Source of the DNA: Polyangiales bacterium
GTDB lineage: Bacteria > Myxococcota_A > Polyangia > Polyangiales > Ga0077539
NCBI GenBank assembly: GCA_044229975.1
Contig: JBGARZ010000036.1
Coordinates: 1 to 14,100, forward strand
Length of the DNA stretch: 14,100 nucleotides
Direction of reading: 5' to 3'
Shown: positions 1 through 6,473 of the stretch, one piece after another
How positions within the stretch are numbered: the first letter of the stretch is position 1
Layout of the letters: each line of letters starts with the position of its first letter
The notes under the pieces: generated by a model
What the model saw: the letters and a program-made list of their open reading frames with translations, nothing else
Databases searched by the model: none
Told to the model about the DNA's origin: nothing
Made by a program: the position numbers and the translations under genes

Positions 1-32
1 GGACTCGGCACGTCGGTGGCGGCGTCGCTCAT
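1..32 (-). CDS. Possible 5' end of a gene running off the left edge (MSDAATDVPS...)
   Basis: ATG at 32 on the minus strand, open to the window edge, with GC-rich third positions. Too short to identify. Confidence 0.35.
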   Translation of the reverse strand, partial: MSDAATDVPS

Positions 33-197
33 AGGCTGCGACTACAGAATCCCGGAGCTCCCGTCCAGAGGGGCGACGGCACGCTGGCGGTTGATACGCT
101 GCGGGCGAAGCGGCGCTCAGCTCAGCCACTCAACCCTGATTAGGCATGCCGCGGGTGTACCGCGGCAAAGACAAAAGGGCCGCAGGTAGCGCATACA

Positions 198-473
198 TTA
201 GTTGCGCCCTTTCGGGGGTTCCGGTGCGTCTGCGACCGTCGGCGTCGACTGCCGCAATGCGCGAGTAGCCTCGCGCAAAAGTTCAGCGACGCCATCTGTG
301 GATTTGGCCATCTCAGCGGCGAATTCCACTGGAACATGACCGGCAGTGGGCTGATCAAAGGACTCGTCTCGTTCTGCGAAGAACGCCACCACCATCAGCG
401 CCACTCGCTCTACACGCGACGACGTAGAGCGGGCGAACTCAATGCAGGTATCGCGGACAGCACGGGTCATCAT
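198..473 (-). CDS. Small hypothetical protein (~91 aa)
   Basis: ORF 198..500 with tandem ATGs at 473/470. Protein-like amphipathic composition (MMTRAVRDTCIEFARS...GVAELLREATRALRQ). Fills the gap between neighbours. No family recognised. Confidence 0.4.
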   Translation of the reverse strand: MMTRAVRDTCIEFARSTSSRVERVALMVVAFFAERDESFDQPTAGHVPVEFAAEMAKSTDGVAELLREATRALRQSTPTVADAPEPPKGRN

Positions 474-592
474 CGCGCCGTGAACTCCACATAGAAGCAC
501 TGGCCACCGTCACCATCCCGACGGTCCGTCACACCCTTGGCGGTCGCGCCGGAAACTCGCGGTCGCCGTTCGCCCTGTCGCAGCCTGCGACC

Positions 593-1006
593 ATGGACGA
601 ACCCGACCGCCCTCTGGTGCCCCCGCGCGACGAACCCGATGACCTCGTGCTTCCCGACACCCTCGACGCCCGCCACGCGGACCTCTTGCGAGAGCATGGC
701 TTCGAGGCGGCAGGCACCCTCGCGCAAGCCCTCTCGACGGACACCTACGACCTCGCGCGGGTCATCTACGCGATCGTGAACCCCGAGGCGACGGCCATTG
801 TCTACATCGGCGGCACCGAGGGCGGGCGCGACGTTCGGGTGCGGTTGCGAACGCACCTGCGGGATCGCGCCAAGATCGGTCACGTCGAAAAGGAGTCGCT
901 GCTCTTCGTCCACGTCATGCTCACCGAGTACGTCGTGCTGCACCATTTCGAGTCCGACACGGGGCGCCTGCCGGTCTGCAACAAGCGCAAGGCGGGGTTC
1001 TACTAG
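593..1006 (+). CDS. Stand-alone GIY-YIG nuclease family protein (137 aa)
   Basis: VIY-x11-YIG motif (VIYAIVNPEATAIVYIGGT), followed by the expected Arg/His helix (RLRTH), Glu (LTEYVVL) and terminal Asn (LPVCN). High GC3 codon usage. Confidence 0.8.
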   Translation: MDEPDRPLVPPRDEPDDLVLPDTLDARHADLLREHGFEAAGTLAQALSTDTYDLARVIYAIVNPEATAIVYIGGTEGGRDVRVRLRTHLRDRAKIGHVEKESLLFVHVMLTEYVVLHHFESDTGRLPVCNKRKAGFY

Positions 1007-1008
1007 CG

Positions 1009-2064
1009 TCATCGGTACTTGCTCCGCATGCGTTCGCGCGTGGCGGCGCTCACCTTGGAGACGCGCAACCGGCGCGGGCCCGAGGGGTTCGGGTGCTTGT
1101 AGTCGCCCTCGTAGAGACCCTCATAGGTCGGCCCTTCGCGGACCGTCCCGATGCCGAGCACCGACGCAAACGACGTCATCGGGTAGAAGCGCCGGTTGAA
1201 GCGGAAGACGTACTCATTGAGGTACGCTTGCAGGTGCTGCGCGCTGACGCCGTGGTGGGTGCCGCGCAGCCACGTCTTGAGATTCGAGAAGACGATGTGA
1301 ACCAGCGGGAGGTGCTGCTCGATCAGGTCGTGCTCGCCGTCGAGCACCAGCGATTCGTGCTGGTAACCGAGACGGGTCAGCCGGTTGTAGCCGTTGTGCC
1401 CGTCGGTGCGGACCACGGAACCCTTCGCGATGGAGTCCATGACGAACTCCTCGCACTCTGCTTGCTCGCGGGAGACGATGTGCCGCAGGCGAAGACGCCC
1501 CGCGTACTTGGCGCGGCGCCCTTTCTTCTCGCTCTGCCGGTAGCGCACTTCGACCGCGGCGATCACCAGCGGGGCGTCCGTGTTGCCGCGTCCCTTGCCC
1601 TTGGTGCGCCCGCCCACAAAGGACTCGTCGACCTCGACGGGGAACTCCTCGCCGATGCGGTCCTTGTCGGGTCGCACCATCCCCGCGCGCAGCTTGTGGA
1701 ACAACTGGAACGCCGTCTCATAGCGGGTGAGCCCGAGCTGTCGCTGAAACTGGAGTGCCGACATGCCGGGCGTCTGTGTCGAGACGAGGTAGGCCGCCCA
1801 GAACCAGATGTGCAGCGGTTGCTTCGTGCGGTGCATGACCGTCCCCGCCGTCAGCGAGGTGTCTTGCTGACACGACCGACAGCGGAGCACTTCGGGGCGC
1901 GCCTTGAAGCGGTAGGGCTCTGCCACGACGCCGCAATAACGGCACGCGAACCCATCGGGCCACCGCACGCGCTCCATGTAGTCGGCGCACGCGGGTTCAT
2001 CGGGGAACGCCCGCTGAAACTCCAGCAGAGACCGCGGTTGCTCTGCGGGCCGACGCGGCACCAC
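1009..2064 (-). CDS. IS1595 family DDE-type transposase (probably ISSod11-like group)
   Basis: Typical N-terminus (PRSLLEFQRAFPDE..C..Y...RWPDGF), zinc ribbon CRYC...CRSC, HTH (GMSALQFQRQLGLTRYETAFQLFHKLR), VEVDESFVGG, VRTDG, and LPLVHIVFSNLKTWLRGTHHGVS..HLQAYLNEYVFRFNRR. The ORF is open to 2229, but family similarity begins near the GTG codons at 2064/2061, so the start is uncertain. Confidence 0.95.
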   Translation of the reverse strand: MVPRRPAEQPRSLLEFQRAFPDEPACADYMERVRWPDGFACRYCGVVAEPYRFKARPEVLRCRSCQQDTSLTAGTVMHRTKQPLHIWFWAAYLVSTQTPGMSALQFQRQLGLTRYETAFQLFHKLRAGMVRPDKDRIGEEFPVEVDESFVGGRTKGKGRGNTDAPLVIAAVEVRYRQSEKKGRRAKYAGRLRLRHIVSREQAECEEFVMDSIAKGSVVRTDGHNGYNRLTRLGYQHESLVLDGEHDLIEQHLPLVHIVFSNLKTWLRGTHHGVSAQHLQAYLNEYVFRFNRRFYPMTSFASVLGIGTVREGPTYEGLYEGDYKHPNPSGPRRLRVSKVSAATRERMRSKYR

Positions 2065-2306
2065 GGGGACGCCGCGCACGGTCTTGGCCTCATCGGGGTT
2101 GCGCTTGCGGAGTATCCGCTCTTGCAACAGCCGCAGCCGTCGCGGGATGCGCGAAGTGAGGCGGCGTATGCGTGAACGCGGGCGCATGGGAGAGTGCGCG
2201 GAAGGTAGCAACGGATTCGGGACATGCAAGAGACGACGGACGATTGTGGGGAGGGCGTTATTCGATGTTGGTTATCAGAATTACTGTGCGACGAATGAAC
2301 CCAAAG

Positions 2307-3932
2307 CTACATTGGCCTAGAAACGCATCGGATGCCTATCTGATTGAATCGAATGCCAGTCGACCCATTGCCCCGTGCTGTCGTCCGCATGTTCGTCGAT
2401 GATGTGTCGACCCAAGCACCGCCACGCAACACACGGTTGATCCCAGATGTAGGTCCCGTGGGATCTAGCGCATACGATCCGGCATCGGTTGCCGCACCGT
2501 AGTTCTGGTACCAATAGTCTAGTACCCACTCAAAGACGTTGCCTGCCATGTCGGACAATCCGAGTGGCGAATCACCAGACGGGAACGAGCGGACCGCGCA
2601 GGTTGAGCCGGGAGTAGTGAGACGATTCCAGCACAATTGCGTCGTTGGCGATTCATTGCCCCAGGGGTAGGTTCGGCCGTCGGTGCCGCGTGCGGCGTAC
2701 TCCCACTGCGACTCGGTTGGTAGGTCGCCGCCACGCCATCGGCAATAAGTGCGCGATTGGTCGAAATCGACACAATTGACAGGATGGTTGTCGCGGTCTG
2801 GCACTAACCAGTTGCATGCGGTTGTGGTGTTTGGTTCGGAGCAACGCGCGGCGGATACACAGGAACGGTATTCCGACACTGTCACTTCTGTAATGCCCAT
2901 GCAAAATGCCGTAAGTCTTACGCCATGAACCGGCTGCTCGTACGAGTAGGTATTGGACCCCATCTGAAACATCCCTTCTGGGATCAGCCGCATGCCAGAA
3001 GGGCACATCGGAACGCGTGGCGGACACGCCCCGTCGGCCAGCGGTGCCCCAGCGTCACATGGCGATACAATGCATGCGGAGTCACGACAACCCCAACCAC
3101 CACGGCATGGGTTGTCGCATATCCCGCAATGATCTCTGTCGGAGGCGGTGTTCACGCATGCACCGCCGCATCTCGTTTCTCCGGCGCCACACGGTGCGAT
3201 GACATCCGTCCTCGGCACATCGTCCATTGCCACATCCACAGGAATCACGACGTCCACTGCAAGCCGGTCGATGGTCGTGGACGCATCGCCCGCGTCCTTC
3301 GTTCCGTCAACGGTAGTCACGTCACGCCCGATGTCTGCGGTAGTGGGTGCGTCGACCGTGACATCACGGTTCGCCGTGTCCGCCCCGATGTCACGGACTC
3401 CGATCGCATCTGTCTCGACGTCTGCAGCCGCCGTCCCGGCGTCGACCCCATCGAACGGGCGTACCGTCGCCCGCGTAGCGGGTTCGCAGCGCCCACGCTC
3501 TCCGCACCGTTCGTCGCTCCCGCACATTGCCCCAACGCACGCGGACGCGAGAAGCAGTGGCACCTCTTCGGTGCGCCCGCGGGTGAAGCGCACCACGGCC
3601 CGTTGCGCCACGACGGCTGTCGACGGGTCGCAGCCGTTGGGATCGCCGCACCCGAGCGTTTCGATCCAGACGGGCGTGTCGGTGTCGTCGTCGGCCGCGA
3701 TGACGCCCACCAGCAGCGGCAACGGGAGGCGCCCGTCTCCGTCGCCGAGGGTCGTCGTGCGGGCGCTCCGCAAGAGCCCCGCGGGGCCACCGCGCCGCAC
3801 GGTGAGGGTCACCGCCTGGATCGTCTGCCGCGGGCCCCACGCGACCTCGCTGTCGACCCGCACGATGAGTTCCGTGCGCGGGCGCTCGCACCCCACCGCC
3901 AGCATCGCCACCGCTACCGCAACACGTCGCAT
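2307..3932 (-). CDS. Lipoprotein with C-terminal FGE-sulfatase (SUMF1/EgtB/PvdO-family, C-type lectin fold) domain
   Basis: Signal peptide with lipobox (MRRVAVAVAMLAVG-C), Asp/Ala/Thr/Val-rich linker, Cys-rich repeat CGGACVNTASDRDHCGICDNPC, then FGE-sulfatase motifs: IPEGMFQMGS, EVTVSEY, HPVNCV, LPTESQWEYAARG, YPWGN, DMAGNVFEWV, RVLRGGAW, IGIRC. Confidence 0.9.
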   Translation of the reverse strand: MRRVAVAVAMLAVGCERPRTELIVRVDSEVAWGPRQTIQAVTLTVRRGGPAGLLRSARTTTLGDGDGRLPLPLLVGVIAADDDTDTPVWIETLGCGDPNGCDPSTAVVAQRAVVRFTRGRTEEVPLLLASACVGAMCGSDERCGERGRCEPATRATVRPFDGVDAGTAAADVETDAIGVRDIGADTANRDVTVDAPTTADIGRDVTTVDGTKDAGDASTTIDRLAVDVVIPVDVAMDDVPRTDVIAPCGAGETRCGGACVNTASDRDHCGICDNPCRGGWGCRDSACIVSPCDAGAPLADGACPPRVPMCPSGMRLIPEGMFQMGSNTYSYEQPVHGVRLTAFCMGITEVTVSEYRSCVSAARCSEPNTTTACNWLVPDRDNHPVNCVDFDQSRTYCRWRGGDLPTESQWEYAARGTDGRTYPWGNESPTTQLCWNRLTTPGSTCAVRSFPSGDSPLGLSDMAGNVFEWVLDYWYQNYGAATDAGSYALDPTGPTSGINRVLRGGAWVDTSSTNMRTTARGNGSTGIRFNQIGIRCVSRPM

Positions 3933-3939
3933 GGGGCGG

Positions 3940-3948
3940 ACGCTACCA
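3940..3948 (-). promoter_or_regulatory. Putative extended -10 element (TGG-TAGCGT) for the FGE-sulfatase lipoprotein gene, leaderless geometry
   Basis: TGn-TAnnnT located 7 nt upstream of the ATG at 3932; no Shine-Dalgarno sequence. Confidence 0.45.
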
Positions 3949-3957
3949 GAGCAGGAC

Positions 3958-3985
3958 TAGAAATCAGCGCGGGTTCTGGTACAAT
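3958..3985 (+). promoter_or_regulatory. Putative sigma70-type promoter (TAGAAA-16 nt-TACAAT with extended -10 TG), leaderless geometry
   Basis: TGG-TACAAT at 3977-3985, 7 nt upstream of ATG 3993. Weak -35 TAGAAA at 3958-3963. No Shine-Dalgarno sequence. Confidence 0.55.
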
Positions 3986-3992
3986 TCGCGCT

Positions 3993-4325
3993 ATGGCAAC
4001 CGAAAACGAGAAGGTACTCGCAATGATCGCTGCTGGAGTAGCTGTTGGCGTGGGGATATATGGTCTGTCTGCGCTTGACGACAGCAACCGACGCAAGAAC
4101 TTTCACGCGGCATTGTCCACATCACTACGGATTATGGGTTTGGAGCCAATGTCCGCAGAGTTCGGTCGTGGGGTCGGTGACCGGCCAGAGTGGCACGTCA
4201 CGTTCGGTCACCCATCGCGAGGCATCGTATCTTACGTCGTTGCGTTTGCTCCAAACACGCAACCTTACGCAGAGTCAACTCTCAATCAACTCATCGTTCG
4301 CTTGCAGCATGCGGTGGCCGCGTGA
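3993..4325 (+). CDS. Small hypothetical protein (110 aa) with N-terminal transmembrane helix
   Basis: 3' part of ORF 2925..4325 from ATG 3993. Hydrophobic Gly-rich stretch VLAMIAAGVAVGVGIYGLSAL followed by a soluble alpha/beta-like domain. Preceded by a good -10 element. Its stop overlaps the next start (GTGA). Confidence 0.75.
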   Translation: MATENEKVLAMIAAGVAVGVGIYGLSALDDSNRRKNFHAALSTSLRIMGLEPMSAEFGRGVGDRPEWHVTFGHPSRGIVSYVVAFAPNTQPYAESTLNQLIVRLQHAVAA

Positions 4326-5122
4326 AGTTCAAGAGACCAGACGTCGAACTAATCTCACAAGAAATGCGCAGGGCTTTGGTCGCTGCGATCGAAGCAGACC
4401 AAAAGATAGACATCCTCACAGACCTGCCAAACGAGATCGCGCTCAAAGAGGAGTTGGCACGCCTTGTGGACACGGGGGAGAGGTTTTGGGTGGCGTTCGT
4501 TGAGATTGATCGGTTCAAGTCGGTAAACGACGAGTTCGGGTATGACGCTGCCAATGAGATGTTGGTCGCCGTGTCGAGAGAATTGCGGTCCGCGGAGGAA
4601 AGGTTCGCTCATGGTGCCACCGCGTTCCGAGCCCATGGCGATGAGTTCTATATTCTTGGCATGACAAAGCAGACATCCGCTGGAAAGCCGTCCCACGTCG
4701 AAGCCACTCCAGAGATGGTGCATAAGGGGCTTGACGCATTTAGGGAGTGCATCAAGAACTCTCATAAGGTCGTCGAGAAGATCGCGAAACCGATGGCATG
4801 CACCGTCAGCATTGGTTGGCTACTGTCGTCAGACATGGCCACGAAAAAGCCAACCAGCATCCTCAAGACTCTTGAGATCGTGGTTTCAGAGGCTAAGAGG
4901 GGCGGCCGCGATAAAGTTGTTCGGTTTGATGATTCAATGAAGAAGAATCTTCTTTTTACTCAGCGTGGCACTTGCACGGCATGCTACTCGGCTTTCAGTG
5001 TTGACATCCCGCGAGAGAAGAATTTGCCTGAGCGCAAGTTGCAGTGCCCAAACTGCGGGGCTGAGATGAACCGCGACCCGATGCCCGACCTGCCACCCGA
5101 GGCGGAGGTGTTGGAGGCTTAG
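4322..5122 (+). CDS. GGDEF-domain protein with non-canonical HGDEF motif and C-terminal zinc ribbon (266 aa)
   Basis: DILTDLPN, FVEIDRFKSVNDEFGYDAANEML, FRAHGDEF, CTVSIG and EAKRGGRD are all GGDEF-domain landmarks. C-terminal CTAC...CPNC. Start placed at GTG 4322, which overlaps the upstream TGA. Confidence 0.88.
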   Translation: MKFKRPDVELISQEMRRALVAAIEADQKIDILTDLPNEIALKEELARLVDTGERFWVAFVEIDRFKSVNDEFGYDAANEMLVAVSRELRSAEERFAHGATAFRAHGDEFYILGMTKQTSAGKPSHVEATPEMVHKGLDAFRECIKNSHKVVEKIAKPMACTVSIGWLLSSDMATKKPTSILKTLEIVVSEAKRGGRDKVVRFDDSMKKNLLFTQRGTCTACYSAFSVDIPREKNLPERKLQCPNCGAEMNRDPMPDLPPEAEVLEA

Positions 5123-5365
5123 TCGGTCAGCGCGGGCGCTCCGAGGCGCCGTGGCGCGCGGACGGGGCCGCGGGGTGCCGCGGGGTGGCCGCCAGCGTGC
5201 GGGGCGGCTGCGGGGGTCGCGGGCGCCGCGCGAGGTGCCGCCGACCGCTCCCCCGCGCTGCGGGGTGTCTGCCGCGCGCTCACGCCGCCCCCGTGCTCTG
5301 ACGCGGCGCGGTGTCCCGGGCGGCTTGCGCACATCCGCCTACGTTTCCCGACCGAACCGCTTGGG

Positions 5366-5382
5366 TGGCAACCGGATAGGCA
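5366..5382 (-). repeat. Candidate IS1595-family terminal inverted repeat (TGCCTATCCGGTTGCCA on the minus strand)
   Basis: Resembles the TGC(C/T)TATCC(G/A)GTT ends I recall for ISSod11-like IS1595 elements (recollection, not checked). Coincides with the breakpoint of the adjacent gene. No convincing partner in the window. Confidence 0.5.
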
Positions 5383-6057
5383 TGCTTCGTAGGCTTCGCG
5401 CCGTGCCCGCAGCGCGACGGCGGGATCGATCACCGGGGCGGCGGGGGCGTTCTTGAGCGTGCGGGCCTCGCCGAGGGTCTGCCGGAGGCGCGCGACGTGG
5501 GCCTCGTCGAGGCCGCGCTCGGCGAGCACGGAGCGCACCTTGGCGGCGCCGGGGACGTCGCTCTTGGCGAGGGCCTCGACGCGGTCGAGGAAGGTGCCGA
5601 CGGAGCCGACCACGAGCGGGCCGAGGGGCTGTTGCTGGAGGTCGCGGAAGAAGGCTTCGAGCAGGCTCTCGCGGTGGGACGCCGGGGCGAAGCGCTCGAT
5701 GATGCGGCGCGTGCGGGGGAACCACTTGTTTTCGAAGTCGTCGAGGTGCTGGAGGATGCCGACGTTGGCGCCGCCCGTGGGCGCGTCGGGGGGCGTGACG
5801 TCGAGGGGCTGCCCCTCACCGGCGGCGACGCGGTAGAGGCGCCAGCCCTCCAGATGGTCATTGGTGGAATAGGCGACGCGGGCGCGGCTGCGGGCGAGGG
5901 AGGGGTCGGCGATCTTCACGAGGAAGCGGCTGATGCGCAGGAGGCGCATGGACTCACGAGAAGAGAAGGGGGCGGGCGCGGTGTCGGTATTGGTGTTGGA
6001 TGAAGTGTCGGCAGCGGGCGTGACGGATGGCTGGACGGGTTTGCTGGACTTGCTCAT
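5383..6057 (-). pseudogene. Hypothetical alpha-helical protein, apparently truncated at its 3' end by the IS insertion
   Basis: GGAGG ribosome-binding site ~10 nt before ATG 6057. 225 codons of high-GC3, protein-like sequence (LQHLDDFENKWFPRTRRIIER...GSVGTFLDRVEAL...LAERGLD) up to ...RREAYEA. The frame then reads the candidate terminal repeat (CLSGC) and low-complexity R/A/P sequence to 5119. Confidence 0.6.
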
Positions 6058-6160
6058 TGGGGTGGACCCTCCCTTTCGGGGCGATCGTTTCATTGAGCGG
6101 GGGAGGGAGGCAAGAGGTTTGTCGTGCCCTATCGCGACGCCGCCGCCCCGGGAGCACCAC

Positions 6161-6269
6161 TCCAGGCCTGCGGTCGTCGGCCTTACCCGGAGGGACGCGC
6201 CCGTCCAGGCCTGCGGTCGTCGGCCTTACCCGGGGGGACGCGCCCGTCCAGGCCTGCGGTCGTCGGCCT
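6161..6269. repeat. 43-bp tandem repeat, ~2.5 copies
   Basis: TCCAGGCCTGCGGTCGTCGGCCTTACCCGG(A/G)GGGACGCGCCCG at 6161-6203 and 6204-6246 (one mismatch), plus the first 23 bp again at 6247-6269. Confidence 0.95.
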
Positions 6270-6270
6270 G

Positions 6271-6473
6271 AATATTGGGGTGCCCCGCCCAGATCTTCGA
6301 GATCACTGCGGCTGAGCCGGAACTCAGAAGTGTCAGTAGTGCCGAGGCTTTCTCAATCGTCCTGTGCTGGTCTGCTGCGTATTTATAGTACTCAGCATTG
6401 AAGTGGGCGTCGTATGGAAGACGCAGGGGTTGGCCCCTGGCGCATCACTCGATGCGGATGTTGCAATGTTCAT
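6271..6473 (-). pseudogene. Frameshifted, truncated small membrane-protein gene (SLATT-like N-terminus)
   Basis: GGAGG then ATG at 6473 (MNIATSASSDAPGANP). After a one-base frame change the sequence reads YDAHFNAEYYKYAADQHRTIEKASALLTLLSSGSAAVISKIWAGHPNI and ends at the tandem repeat. Lower GC than the flanks. Confidence 0.45.

Larger units (their letters stand above)
1..5382 (-). mobile_element. Putative large IS1595-family element with passenger genes; right end ~5382, left end not found (probably outside the window)
   Basis: IS1595 transposase with no terminal repeat next to either end of the gene. Candidate terminal repeat AACCGGATAGGCA ends at 5382, exactly where a neighbouring gene loses protein-like character. 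Intervening genes are lower in GC than the host genes. Confidence 0.5.

Noticed and set aside
129..147. CTCAACCCTGATTAGGCA as the left IS end
   Set aside because: It is in the same orientation as the 5382 end rather than inverted, and needs gaps to align.
2065..2229. Arg-rich N-terminal extension of the transposase
   Set aside because: It lies upstream of the typical IS1595 N-terminus and looks like open non-coding sequence. Not fully excluded.
2332..2350. ATGCCTATCTGATTGAATC, an imperfect inverted match to the candidate IS end at 5382, as the partner terminal repeat
   Set aside because: It encodes the conserved C-terminal NQIGIRC motif of an intact FGE-sulfatase gene, there is no flanking direct repeat, and the interrupted 6057 gene does not resume beyond it. 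It would also exclude the transposase. Likely chance, though an internal end-like site cannot be excluded.
2307..2460. Diversity-generating retroelement target (CLec/FGE-fold variable region)
   Set aside because: No reverse transcriptase or adenine-mismatched template repeat was found in the window. A remote DGR cannot be tested here.
2925..3992. N-terminal 356 codons of ORF 2925..4325 (+)
   Set aside because: Antisense shadow of the lipoprotein gene. Only the part from ATG 3993 looks like a protein.
5119..5382. C-terminal extension of ORF 5119..6093 as genuine coding sequence
   Set aside because: Low-complexity R/A/P read-through that begins exactly at the candidate IS end.
6161..6269. CRISPR array
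   Set aside because: The would-be spacers are 20 bp and near-identical, there are only three cores, and no cas genes are present.
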